Positions 38,122-53,300 of a stretch of 64,000 nucleotides of DNA are shown here, piece by piece. The notes under the pieces are model-generated. The model ran no database searches. It had not been told where the DNA came from and saw only the letters and a list, made by a program, of their open reading frames with translations. The stretch covers positions 210,800,001 to 210,864,000 of the forward strand of contig NC_042997.1 in assembly GCF_006345805.1 (NCBI RefSeq), read 5' to 3'. Position 1 is the first letter of the stretch. The number at the start of each line of letters is the position of its first letter. Source of the stretch: Octopus sinensis (taxonomy: Eukaryota). The translations under genes were made by a program, and so were the position numbers.

Positions 38122-38565
38122 CAGGAAAAAAAGACAGGAAGAAAGCTAAATATATGGATAGATAGATATGTTCTTTATTAGCCACACAGGGCTGCACACA
38201 GATAGAACAAATTACAAGGTAGAGCTTTTCTTTTGAAGGTATTAAAAAAAAAAAAAAAAAAAAAAAAAGGAAGGGGGAGGTTCGATCAAAAGGGATCGTA
38301 AAAGGAGAGAAAGAGGACAAAAATAAGGGGGGTTAAAAAAAAAAAAAAAAAAAAAGGGGGGGGGAGAGGAAAAAAAATGATCAATAGGGATCGTTATCAC
38401 AGAAATGTCAATATGAAGTGTAAAGGGGAGGACAGGTGAGGTTTTAGGAAAGAAAAGCCTGCGGAAAAGACCAAACGAGTAACCTCGGTCAATGAAGTCA
38501 CATTTTATTTCTTTTTTTTTTTTTTTTTTTGCAAATAAGCAACTCTCTGTTTTCGATTTCTGGGT

Positions 38566-41500
38566 TCATAGGACTATGCTCAAGGTGGCTTCGTCATTCA
38601 TACGTGCCATTCTTGCTACATTCACCCATCTTTTTTTAAAACATTCGCTAGACAAAACTTGCCTCTCTACTCTCACTTTCCTTTTCAAGTGGTACTTGAA
38701 GAAGTTGATGAGAGATTGACCAGAGAGGAAAGTGTTTGTCTCTAATCCTTTCAGACGCGTCCACCAGATACATTCTTTCGCCATAGCCACAAGGATGATG
38801 AAAATAGCTCTTCCTTCCCGTTTGAAGGAAGGAGGCGTGACAATATTGACGATAGACTCAGCTGATAAACCGACTCGTCCCACACGTGACAGCAGTTGTT
38901 CGACATAAGCCCACAGGTCGGAAATTGTTGGACACTGAACGAGTGCGTGCAGAACGGTTTCGTCGCTCTGACCGCATCTCGGGCAGGTCGGCCCCGTGTT
39001 TCTCGAGCCGTGTCTGTAGAGCTTATCCCGAACGGGTAGCGCTTCTCGGTAGCACTGCCAGGCCAGGGATCTCTGGAAGTTGTCCATGGGCCCTGGCCCG
39101 AAAGTCGTCCCGAACAGGCGGGTCAGGTACTCCTCGTCGACGTCCAGGTTCGCCCCGAGCTCGTCGTCGTACCTCCCCTCCACTAAACCCCTATAGAATG
39201 CTTTGGTTGTGTTGAAGTCACTTAAGGTCGACCCAGGACGGCAGAGTTGCTTGAGAGCAACGCGACACTCGCGGTGCCATTCGCCCTTCCTCGGCCTCTT
39301 TTTGATCCACGACTGCAGTTCGGTCATGGAGACGAGCTGCGGGAAAGCGTGCCTCACAAACGGCGACCACACCTGTTCACCGTCGTCTACATAGAGCCAG
39401 AGATGTCGCAGTCTCAGCGCGTGTCTGCGCATCATCAACCACGGCATGCCCAGCCCTCCTTTTAACGGGTGTTGACAGCAAATGGATCGCCTGACCATCG
39501 GGACGCATCCTTTCCACAAGAAGCGAAAGAGGATGCGTTGTAGTTTGGTGATGGTAGGGTCGGGACAAGGTACGACGGTCAGGCGGTAGTAGATGACGGA
39601 CGCGATGTACGTGTTCGCCACCTCCGCTCGACCTTTTAGGGACAGTTTCCTCTCGGCCCATTGCCGGGCGAGAGTGACCACCCTACTCGTTATCTCGTTC
39701 CAGTTCTTCTCCACTTGGAGGTCCGGACCAAACCAGACCCCGAGCAACTCAACCGGGCCGTCGGTCCAGCGTCCCACGACGGAGGCGCTGGTGGACGGCA
39801 TGGGCTTGCTTCTCCAGGTGCCTAGTCGCAAGCCCACTGACTTTTCCCGGTTGATTTTCGCTCCTGTCACCGCTTCGTAGTTTTTCAGTGTCCCGCCGAC
39901 CAGCTCGATGTGCTCGTGGCTAGACACTATGACGGTGACGTCGTCCGCGTATGCAGACACGCTCGTCCCGCATCCCAATTCTCGCGGGATGCCCCTTAGA
40001 GTCGCCAGCTTCCGCAGTAGTGGCTCAAGAGTCAATACGTATAGAAGCGCCGAGAGGGGGCATCCCTGACGGACCGAACGTGCAATGTCGAAAGGTCTCG
40101 ATAGATGTCCATTTACGCGAATTACCGAACGGATGCCTCTGTACAAGGCAGCTATCCAGCCGCGGAAGACGGGACCGAAACCAGCCGCTCTCAGGACTGC
40201 CTCCAAGTATCGATGGTCTACCCTATCAAAGGCTTTTGATTGATCCAAGTTGATCAGGGCCCCACCCATGCCAGGTTCGTTAACTACCCTGTCTATGATG
40301 TAGCGCATCAGATGGAGGTTGTCATGGATGGTCCGGCCTGGCACGGCGCATGTTTGCGCCTTGTCGACCAGTTTCTCGATGACAAGCGCCAAACTCTTGG
40401 CTAGCACCTTGGCCAAAATTTTCAAGTCTGCATTAAGCAGAGTGATGGGCCTAAAGTTATCTATTACATTTCCCTTGTTTAGATCTTTCTTCAGCAGTGT
40501 TACGGCTCCTCGGCTCACAAAACCAGGAATGCTCCCGTTTTGCTGCCAGTTGCAGTACACCGCCGCCAAGAGATCTCCAAACAAGTCTGGCATACAATTG
40601 TAAAGCTCGTAGGGTAGACCATCCAAACCCGGTGATTTGTCCCTCGAGCATTCTGCCATCGCTTCCCGCACTTCCGCCGCCGTGATGGCACCTTCGCAGC
40701 ACCCTGCCTTTCTTGTCGAGAGTCGTGGTAGGCTATGTAGGTAGGCACTGAAGTCCACCCTACGTTCTTGCCCTCCACTCGTTCCGAACAGTCGGGCAAA
40801 ATGCTGCTGAAAGGCCTCACACATTTTACTTGGCTCGAGCAATTCGCGCCCCTGTTCATCTACCAGTGACCGAATGGTGGCTTTGTTGCCCTGTTGCGCC
40901 TCTGCCACCGGGCCTCTCTCGCGGCTCCAACACCTTCGTTCCTTAGAGCACGCATCCTAGCTCTGACAGCACATCCTTCGTGTTTGGCGTTGAAGTGTTG
41001 GTCGAGGGCCAACCTCGCCGCCAAAACGTCGGATGCGATGCCGCTTCTAATTGCCTCTTCTAGCTTCTTAACTAGCTCACCCTCTACTCTATTTCTATCT
41101 ATGGCTAGTGCTTTGCTGTACCTAATCGCTTCTGCTTTTACTGCTCTCTTGAGGGCAAACCACCATTTGTTGTTGATGATGGCTCCCGTCAAAGCCCTCT
41201 TTACTAGTGTGCTAATCCGGTCTCTGAAAACTTGTCTCGATGGGAAAGACGCGTTTAGTTTCCAGTATCCGGGACCCTGCCTAAGTGTCTTACCTAAGTC
41301 TAGCGTACATGTCACAAGTTTGTGATCCGTGTAGCTGACTATGTGGAATTGTGGACATCCTATGCTATCTCTATCTACTGTCCTACACAGTATCCTATCT
41401 AGATACGATCTCGACGACCCGATGCGGTTGCTCCATGTCCACGTTGGCGCATTCGGGTGGTCTAGTCGAAACCTGTCAGACAGTTGAAAGCGTCTGAGCA

Positions 41501-42004
41501 GGTCTCTGAGGCATTTGCATCCCCGTCTATTCCTATCTCTACCCACGTAGTCTACATGCGTGTCGCCAAGGTAGCATTCCAATCCCCCACTAAGAGTAAA
41601 GGACGAGACGTTCCCAAGAAAACTTCTAGACGTTGAAAGAAATCCGCCCGACCTGTTAAGGGCGGTGCGTAAACTGATACGAGCCGAAAAGCGCACCCAT
41701 TGCTGCCGTCGACATCCAGGACGACCAGTCTACCCTCCGGGTCTACGAATATTGTCCTTACATTGAGATCCAGACTCTTGTGAAAAAGTACCGCGGTGCC
41801 ACTACCGCCCATTCTCGGCAGACAGGGGGAAAAATAAATGTTGAACTGTCCGCCAAACATGGTCTTTAGGGCCCGCGGATTGTGGAGTCTGGTCTCGCTT
41901 ATGGCTATGATTTCTAACTTATGTGACTTTATGTCATTTAAGAGGTACCCTTGTTTCCAAGGGGACCCCAAGCCACGCGCATTTACACAACCAATCTTGA
42001 TCAT
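38566..42004 (-). CDS. ORF2: APE endonuclease + RT + CCHC (two frameshifts, near 41570 and 40910)
   Basis: GCVNARGL, ISETR, VGDWN, SYLDRI, YTDHK; NFRPITLLN, LDQSKAFDRVDH, VRQGCPLS, AYADD; CPRCGQSDETVLHALVQC. Confidence 0.9.
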
Positions 42005-42035
42005 AGTTCTAATGAATTAGAATACAGAGGGTTAC

Positions 42036-44042
42036 TTACTGCTCGAAAGTTTTTGCTTTCTCCTCCGTTGGTTTGTCCTCGAGAAGATCCCAGTACAGTT
42101 TCTTTGTGAGATATTTTTGGCATTTACCAACCGCACTGGGGAAAATGCCTTTGAGTGTGTGGTGCAGACTTTTGGAGATGTGTATTATTTTGATGTGGTC
42201 TGGTGGTGTTGTGTATGGGTGGTTGTTTGTTTTTATGTCATCTTCTGTTATGTTTGTTTTTGATTGGATGTATTCCATCAAATTTGTGTTTTTGGTGTCT
42301 ATGGCTGTGAGCATGTTTGCTGTATATGTTTTTGTGGTGTTGGTGTGGCTGTTTGCGTTGGGTTTTGAAATGTCTTCGGGAGATGTATTTCCCCCTGCTT
42401 TGTTCGTGTTTGCATTTGGTTTGGTTGTGTTTCTGCTCTTTATTTTCCTTCTTTTTGTAGCTATTTGCCATTCCTCACTGGTTTCGTCTTCCGACGAAAT
42501 TTCTGAGGAATCAGAAGGGGGTAGGGGTATGTTGTGGGCTTCTATGTATGTCTGTGTAAGTGGTTGTGTTGTTGTTTTCGTTGTTGTTGGTTGTTGAGTG
42601 TTTGTGTGTGTTGAGTGCGGTATAAGGGATGGGGGATCAGTTTGTGTGTGTTTTCTTTGTTTTTCTGTTCCTTTGGGTTTTGCTGTTGATGGTAGTGTTG
42701 GTATTTTTCCAGGTGTCGAGTGGTTTTTGGTTGATGACGGATTAGCTTGGTGTGCTTCTCTTGTCGTCTTCTGTGTTGATGGTGGTGTGGGTAGTAGAGC
42801 TTTTTTTCCGGAGTGCTTTGGTTGTGGTAGTGGTTGTTGTTGTTGCTCTTGGTGTGCAGTGGTTGGGCACGTCTTTTTCAAGTGTGTTTCGCTTCCACAC
42901 AAATAGCAGCGTGGTCGCCTGCCCTCTACCACTATATAGAGTTTGTAGCCTCCTGGCAGTTCTATAGCGGTGGGTATCTTCTCTCTTGCTGCTTCATCCA
43001 ATTGAAGCAGGAATTCGATTGATTTGCCCACATAGTCTTTCTCTCCTAGAACCGCGATTTCCAGGATGTTTGTCTCTGACATTGTCTCTGACATTTCAAA
43101 GCAGATGGCAGAGACCACCCATTGTGTTTCGACATCAAATGGTATGTTTTTTATTTGGACTTTCGTGACCCTTTTGTTTAAATAGACTGGTATCATTACC
43201 AAGTCGTCCGAATGTAGCTCCAATGTGGAAAAACGTTTTGCTAAACTTTCGTTGAGGAAACGTACTTGGACTGTACCAAATTTGTTTCCCCAACTGATAT
43301 ATTCCTTGGAGTCCCATACAGGACGAAGGCATTTATCGATTTTTTCCTGCGGTGCATTTTCTGTTCTTCTTGTTTTTTTGTTTATTACTTTATAAATTAT
43401 TGTTTTTTTTTGCGTGTTTTCCACGATGTGTTGTGGAATATGAAGGTGCAATTTGTCTCCTTCTTTGGAGAAGAGTGCCTTTGTGCGGTTTATCTCTTGT
43501 GTGGTGAATGTTACAATTGTTCTTTTTTGTTTTGTTACGTCCGCAAAATTCGTTCTGAATTTGGCAGTAGAAGTGTTAATTGTGGCAGTGTTAATTGAAG
43601 TCATGGTAGTGGTGTTGGTGTTGGCGGTATTAGCAGCAGAAGGCTTGGATGTAGCATTTGACGTCGTAGTAGTGGTGTGGTGTGTCGCGGTGTTGTCTTT
43701 GGTAGGCGGCTTTGTGCCAATTTCGTTGTTGTTGTTGTTGGTGGTGATGGTGGTGGTGCTGGCATTCATGTTTTCGTTTGTATTCATTTTTGAAATCCCT
43801 TTCTCTGTCCCTTTATCATCAACAAGTGGTGTGGGGAGTGAGGGGAAATCTAAGTTAATGTCTTTGGTCGCGGCGATGGTGAATGCGACGTTAGATTTGT
43901 TGTTGTTGTTGTTGGTGGTGGTGATGGTGGTGACAGCGGTGTTCACGCTGCGATGTTTAGCAGCTAGTGGTAGCAATAGTGTTTTGCTACCGTTCTGCAT
44001 GACTGGCGGGCTAGCCACGTGGTTTCTAGTTGCCATTTTCAA
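42036..44042 (-). CDS. ORF1, 668 aa, gag-like zinc knuckle
   Basis: Uninterrupted ORF; CYLCGSETHLKKTC (CX2CX4HX4C); homologous remnant at 57028. Confidence 0.85.
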   Translation of the reverse strand: MKMATRNHVASPPVMQNGSKTLLLPLAAKHRSVNTAVTTITTTNNNNNKSNVAFTIAATKDINLDFPSLPTPLVDDKGTEKGISKMNTNENMNASTTTITTNNNNNEIGTKPPTKDNTATHHTTTTTSNATSKPSAANTANTNTTTMTSINTATINTSTAKFRTNFADVTKQKRTIVTFTTQEINRTKALFSKEGDKLHLHIPQHIVENTQKKTIIYKVINKKTRRTENAPQEKIDKCLRPVWDSKEYISWGNKFGTVQVRFLNESLAKRFSTLELHSDDLVMIPVYLNKRVTKVQIKNIPFDVETQWVVSAICFEMSETMSETNILEIAVLGEKDYVGKSIEFLLQLDEAAREKIPTAIELPGGYKLYIVVEGRRPRCYLCGSETHLKKTCPTTAHQEQQQQPLPQPKHSGKKALLPTPPSTQKTTREAHQANPSSTKNHSTPGKIPTLPSTAKPKGTEKQRKHTQTDPPSLIPHSTHTNTQQPTTTKTTTQPLTQTYIEAHNIPLPPSDSSEISSEDETSEEWQIATKRRKIKSRNTTKPNANTNKAGGNTSPEDISKPNANSHTNTTKTYTANMLTAIDTKNTNLMEYIQSKTNITEDDIKTNNHPYTTPPDHIKIIHISKSLHHTLKGIFPSAVGKCQKYLTKKLYWDLLEDKPTEEKAKTFEQ

Positions 44043-44254
44043 AATGAAAAATGGCTAAAAAACCCACGAAAGTTTTGAAGGTTTTTTTGTAATTTCGCCC
44101 ATACAGGGGCGGAATTCTACGTGAATAATTCTCAGGTTTTTTAGTGAATGAATTTGCACAACGATTAAAACAAAATATTTGACAACAAGGAGTTTTAAAC
44201 ATGTAAAAGTGGCCAACTTACTTGGAGCCGATATGACTAGCGTCCGTCCATTGT

Positions 44255-45320
<1,066 letters not shown>

Positions 45321-45554
45321 AGACTTGAGGAAGAGAGGGAGGGAGTAAATGGATGAATGAATTAACAAATGCAGGAAGGAATCGATGAATGAAAGATTAA
45401 ATGAATGAAGTGAAGGGTGAATGAATGACTGAATGAGCTGATAGTGAGAAGTCCTTTATTGCCGTCATTCATCTCCAGAGAAGTATTGTGTTGACTCTTT
45501 CTAATGTCCATTAATGTGTTTACTTAAGTTTGACTGGAGGAAGCTTCGAAAATA

Positions 45555-45985
45555 GCACAGCCCCCGCCATTGCCACCACCACCACCACCACCACGAACAA
45601 CAACAACAACAACAATGGTACCCCGCCACCACCGCCGCCATCACCACCGCCGCGGCCACCACCACCACCACCACCGCCACCACCACCGCCACCACCACCA
45701 CCACCCACCACCATCACCACAGCCGCCGTCGCCGCCACCACCATCACCACCACCACCATCACCACCACCACCACCACCGCGGCCACCACCAAAACAACCG
45801 CCACCACCACCACCATCACCACCACCACCACCAACACCACCAAAACAACGACCACCACCACCAAAACCACCACCACCACCACCACCACCACCACCACCAC
45901 CACACCACCACCACCACCATCACCACCACCACCGCCGCCGCCGCCACCACCACCACCACCACCGCTGCCGCCGTCGCACTGCTGA
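45555..45985. repeat. (CCA)n tract
   Basis: Directly visible. Confidence 0.95.
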
Positions 45986-46250
45986 AATAATGTTTCAAAT
46001 GGAGAAACTACATCACGGTCGCCATAACCGTTCTTACCATACTTCCTTCAAAACATGTTTTCTCTTCTCTCCATCATTCCACACTCTTTCTTAATTCATT
46101 CTCTCTCTTCTTCTACACCATTTCTTTCTGTCGTTATTTCTTTTCTTTCCTCTCTGCTTGTTTTCTTTTGCCTTCTTTTTCTAAGTTTTGTTTGTGTGTG
46201 TGTGAGTGTGAGAGTGTATTTGTATTACTCTCTCTATATATATATATGCT

Positions 46251-46295
<45 letters not shown>

Positions 46296-46579
46296 CTAAG
46301 TAAGTATGCGTGTGTTCTTTTGTTGTTGATTTTCGCTTTCCACAGACCAGCTTTTATTTTCCTCCCACGCACAGATCGATAATCTATTCAAAAGATAGAC
46401 ACGTGAAACCATCAAATCTAAGATTTAACTTTGCTTACACAAATATTCACAGATTTTAAACCCGCAAATCGCTTGATTAAGACATTTACAACCAAAATAT
46501 TCGTCTCCACATCCAACATGAAATTTAGTACAGTGTATATAACATCTTTTTAAGTAGAACAACACCTTTGAAATAGTGT

Positions 46580-46768
46580 TATACCTTGTCAAATAGTGTA
46601 CTACATTGCCAGGTAGTACAACACCCTGTCAAATTGTATAGCATCTTGTCAGATAGTGTAGCATCTTGCCACATGGTGTCACTAAAGTAGCTGTAGCTTC
46701 TCAGATAGTACATCATCTTGTCGAATAGCATAACACCTTGTCGAATAGTATAGCATCTTGTCAAATAG
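46580..46768. repeat. Degenerate about 21 bp tandem repeat
   Basis: Consensus near TAGCATCTTGTCAAATAGTGT, about 9 units. Confidence 0.75.
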
Positions 46769-47049
46769 AACTGCGCCTTGTCTTTCTATTTCCTTTGCTG
46801 CTAGCGTGTGTAAATATCATTTCTCTCTGCTGTCCGACCTGAAACACAATCTATTCTTCTGTTCCATCCCTTATTGAACTAAACAGATGTTGCATGACAA
46901 ACTCTGCTGTTCTTTAGTCCAGACTTGCTTCGTCTTCTCTCGTCTTTCTTTTGTTACCTGGATGATAATATATTTCTCTTCGTGTATTACTAACATTTAA
47001 CAACAACGACAACAACAACAACAACAATAATAATAATTTCATTTATATG

Positions 47050-48478
<1,429 letters not shown>

Positions 48479-48849
48479 TAAAACAAGAAATAATTTCATT
48501 TTGAAAGACTTGTAAAACCTTTCTGAGTTATCCACCTACATACTTGAGGAACCATGGGTTAGATCGGGTCGGGCCGGGCAACTCTACCCATCCTCTCACC
48601 ATTCCTCGAACTGAATTCTGGGGCATCTGTTAGCATTTCTGGGGTTGGCCTCGTTAGTAAAATTCCAACACATTCGGGTTTCGTTATGTCATGGACTCAT
48701 AAATCCGCGGTTAGTTCTTTACTGATACTCTTTGGTACCAGCAGTAGAAATTTAGGAAAGCCGAGGTGAGGTGCACCATGCACTTACTCATAGACTGGTT
48801 CACTTGTTTACAGGATTCTTCTGAAAATATTAATCCGAGAAATTCGAAA

Positions 48850-49100
48850 AATACTTTGATATACATATCTACTACGTCTTCGTATTCTGTTGCACAACTA
48901 TAAACCTCATTACGTCTCTCTGGGAATGTTTAAGAGGAGAAAAACTGTGTCTGGACACTTTTGAAGACGTTAAGATGGCAGAGTAATGCAGTCCTTCGTG
49001 GGACGAAAGCGATACCGAATTATCCAAGACGTTTTTGTTGCTGGAGAATTTTGTTGAAAGTATATTTATTACATGGGAAAATGCGAGCAAGAAAAATAAT
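48850..49100 (-). pseudogene. Possible hAT transposase C-terminal remnant
   Basis: TSSKVSRHSFSPLKHSQRD weakly resembles the hATC S-x-x-VERSFS motif. Confidence 0.3.
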
Positions 49101-49689
49101 ATTCTTAAGGTTATAAACCTGGAAAATTGCAGGACAAGTTATACTTGGAAAAGTTCGGGGCAACTTATTACATCTGGTAAAGTACAGAACAAGAAAATTT
49201 TTACTTAAAACATTTGCAGCTGAGGATAAAATTTTAAATAAAATATCTACATGTGGAAAATATTATCTTTTATTAAAAATGTTTATTTGTTATTATTTGT
49301 TATTTCTATTAAAAATTCAAAACAACTCAAAATAATTTTTGCGTTTTAAAAAGTTCATTTTTTTAATTATTAATTAATAATTAGAAATTTGAAATTATGT
49401 TATAAAAAATAATAGTAGTAGATAAGAGGATTGGTCCCTAACTACATTTTGGCATTAAAAAAAATGAGATTTAGTCCAGTAGAAAAAGGTTTACATCAAA
49501 ATTTGTAGCAACGTTATTGGAGAATAAGTAACGCCACCAATCAAGTTTAGATCTAAATAGCTTTTATATTTTAAAAGCAAAATATATTTATCTTAGCTTC
49601 AATGATAGAAGAAAGCATGAGAAATTTCAAAGTTTTGGTCCCATGCAACAAAAATTTGTATCAAAAAATTTGTGAGGTAAAATATCATG

Positions 49690-50683
49690 AAAAAATACAA
49701 GGCAAAAAATTGGATTCTGTGGTATAGTATTGGTGTGAGAGTGTGGCGAAGGAGCTTGATAGAAAGATCGGGAAAATGGTGGCACTACAAGGGGCTTTAC
49801 ACCTCAAAATCGACATGCATAGATTGTATCTATCGCGACAGAGAGGAGGAAGAGGTTTCGTTGGCTGTGAAATGTTTGAAGTCTGAGGAAAATAATTTAG
49901 CATGGTCCGTAAAGAATTCAAAGGAGAGATTGATGGCAGGAATTAGAGAGATAAAAGTCTGAAGCAGAGATGAAGCAAAGGTAAAAGGAGAATTGAAACA
50001 AAACAAGCAGAACGACATCTTGAATAGGTGGGAAGGAAAGAAAATACGTGGTCAATTCTTGCAGGAAATGCCTGGAACCATTGACAAAGTTAAGATCTGG
50101 AAATGGATAGGAAAAGAAAGTTGAAATTTGAAACAGAAGCCCTCATCTTCGCAGCCCAAGAAGGTGCAATGAGAATGAAGTGTATCAAGTTCAATCTTGA
50201 CAAGTCAATGCCTTCCCCAATTCGTTGGTTGTGTGGTGAGAAAGGGGAAAGAATAAACCACGTGGTTCGTGAATGTAAGATGCTCGCAGAAAAAAGAGTA
50301 CAAGAGGAGGTTTGACGACATTGGTTCACGGGAAGCTCTGTCATAAGTATGAAATGAGCAGAAATGAGAAATGGTATGAGCACCAACTGGAAAGGGTCGC
50401 TGAAAACAAACAGTATAAGATCTTGTGGGACATGACCATCCAGCCTGATAATTTTCTGTGACCATCTTATGATGGTGCGACCATTTTATTACGATATCGC
50501 TGTAGAAAAGAAGAGCAAAGCAATTTTTGTGGATATTGCTTCACCATAGGACCAGAGGGTGAATGAGAAGAAAAATGAGAAAGCGGAGAAATATCAGGAA
50601 CTGAAGCGGGAAACCAGGAAACTATGGAGAATCAGACTCGTAGAAGTGGCACCGATTGTGGATGGCGCACACATGGAAGCAAT
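49690..50683 (+). pseudogene. Decayed REL LINE 3' fragment
   Basis: ETEALIFAAQEGA, CGEKGERINHVVREC, KILWDMTIQ, EKAEKYQELK. Confidence 0.8.
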
Positions 50684-51925
50684 TATTAGGTCAAGTAGGA
50701 AATTTGTAGTAAAGCATATGGTAAACTTTGACAACTGCTCATTTTGCGCCATTATTATATTTTTACAATCTTTATATTTTGTTAGAAAGCTGACACATCT
50801 ATTTCTTTATTCTGACTCATTTTACGCTTTATAAAGTGTTTATAAATCGTTTTTTGCTATTTTTATTTAGAGATGGATGAGTTGGAAATTCGTATAGTTT
50901 TGAACTACGAGTTCTTTCTTGAAAATACAGCATCACAGACAGCTAGGAATATTAATGGAGTATTTCATTCTAATGTTATTACACAGCAGACAGTATCAAA
51001 TTGGTTTGCAACATTTCATTCTGGTAACTTTGACCTCACAAATGAGCAACGCGGTCGACCAGAAACAAAGGTGGATAATGACGAACTGAAAGCCACCATC
51101 GAGTCAGATCCATCTCAAAGTGTCCGGGAATTATCGTTGTTGTTTGGGCAAATAATATTGACTCACCTAATTCAAATCGATAAAGTGAAAAAGTTGGATA
51201 AGTGTGTTCCACATGAACTCAATGGAAATCAGAAACAGCAACGTTTGGAAGCCTGAATTATGCTACTTTCTCATCACAAAAATGAATCATTTTTAATCGA
51301 ATTGTAACATGTGATGAGAATGAATCGGAACCAATACAACCGTAAACATTCAGCACAATGGTTGGATAAAGACGAGCCACCAAAACACAGTCCAAAAAGC
51401 AAAATTCATCAAAAGAAGCTGATGGTGTGTGTTTGATGGTCTGGCGTAGGTGTGATCCATTATGATTTCATTAAACCTGGCTCCTCAATCATGACCGGGG
51501 TATACTGCAGCCAACTGGAACAAATGATGCAGAAACTTACAAAAAAAGAAACAGCCTAGATTAGTCAACAGACCCACTCCTATTCTATTGCAAGACAACG
51601 CCAGACCTCACATCGCAAAAATGACATTAGCGAAACTACAGGAGTTGGAGTTGGAAGTTCTCCATCATCCACCATACTCACCTGATCTTGCCCCCACTGG
51701 CTACCACTTTAATCCCGACGATGCTGTAAAACAGGCCTTCCAAGATTTTATTGACACTAGATTTCCAGGTTTTTACAGTTCCGGGCTGGACAATTAACTG
51801 CTGAAATGGCAAAAGTGTATTGACAATATGGATGCATACTTTGATGAATAAAACTATTCTTTGTATTTATAAAACATTAGCAAACTTTTTTCTTTTCTAC
51901 AGATTTCATACTTGACGACTTAATA
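50684..51925 (+). mobile_element. Mariner (DD34D-type) DNA transposon, decayed
   Basis: HTH region, VPHEL, IVTCDE, LQDNARPH, HPPYSPDLAP; imperfect TIRs TTAGGTCAAGTAGGAAAT / ATTTCATACTTGACGACTTAA with TA at both ends. Confidence 0.92.
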
Positions 51926-52159
51926 GTAAAAGGTTGGATGCATGGCTTTTGAGAAGCCAGAAATTACGAGTAGGACGGGACTGTTGCAGAAAACAGCTGG
52001 GATTCTAAAGAGGGAGCTAGAAAGCTGAAGAAGGAATGGCCCAAAGGACTTTGGGTCATTGGATATGGCTCGCTCTTTTGATATAGTTTCGTTATATCTG
52101 CAGGAACAAAAGCGTCAACGAAAACAATAACAACAATAACAATGATGATGATGCTTTCT

Positions 52160-53300
52160 TTATTAGCCACAGGGGTATATATGAGGGAACACCACAAGGA
52201 CAGCCTACAATCTGTGGTTGGGTGGCTTACATAAAAGGTAAGTGCAAAGAAAGGGAAAAGATGGTTAAATGCGATAAAAGTATAGAAAGCATGTGATAAC
52301 ATGAATGATGCAGGAGAAAGTTCATCTACAGTCGGTGAAGGAACCCCACAGATCCAGAATTACCCTGACCCCCAGGACACGAGCCTTCGCCCAACTGTTG
52401 CTCTCCAAATTACAGATGCGTACTTAGAGCCATTCAGCCTAATCGTTTTGGCCATAGTTACCCCTCATTTTACAAATTTACTAAGAAGTAGCGCTTCCTT
52501 CTTTGCCCTCGCGTTCCTTTCCAAGTGAAACTTAAAAGAAATTGATGATGAATTGACCGAAAAGGAAGCTGTCTTTCTTTAATCTTTTCAACCTCATCCA
52601 CCACACAACCTCTATCGTCACTGCCAGTAGAGAGAGGGGCACCGGCCACCCTGCATTGTTATCTGTGGGTGGATAGATTTGGTCGACAGTCGGACTCGTA
52701 CCACGCGCGATAACAATCATTCGACACAATTCCACAAGTGAGCAATGCCTGGACAATGTACCCGAGTGCATGTAGAGCGATTTCGTTGTTTCCTGCGCAC
52801 ATTCCGCATAGACCCACCTGGTGGCGCTTCCATACCTGTAGAGTATATCTTGAGCCGGAAGTGCTCGTCGCTATCCCTGGTGAGCCGGGGGTTTCTGAAC
52901 AGTAATAACTCTTTGAAATTTTGACATAAGGCCAACAGTTTTGAAGGGAGGTAGAAAGCCGATTGTGTGGGCTCCAGTTCTTTATCGACCTCGGCAAAGT
53001 CGACTTCGGCGGGATTAGAACACAAAACTTGAAGAGATTAAAGAAAGGCCGCTAAGCATTTTGTTCGACACGCTATGATACTGAGGCTGATTTCTTTCAT
53101 TGACCAGTAAAGGCTCGAAGGGTCATTATAAGGAGAAATCATTAAAGCCGTGGAAGGGAGGTGGGAGAAGTTATAATTGAAGGTGGGAACTGTGAATGTA
53201 AAATAACAGACACACATTGAAGTCAAACCTTTACAATGAAAATAGTTCCCTTGGTGGTACAAGTACTAAGGGCTTCTCGGGTTAACCCCCATAAATAGTG
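52160..53300 (-). mobile_element. Diverged Tx1/L1-like 3' fragment
   Basis: CGMCAGNNEIALHAL zinc-knuckle remnant; 3' end GTGGCTAATAAAGAAAG resembles the 38170 terminus. Left limit of homology is uncertain. Confidence 0.6.

Larger units (their letters stand above)
38170..44254 (-). mobile_element. Full-length Tx1/L1-clade non-LTR retrotransposon
   Basis: 5' UTR, ORF1, APE-RT-CCHC ORF2 and 3' UTR with AATAAA; (TATC)n at both junctions. Confidence 0.93.
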
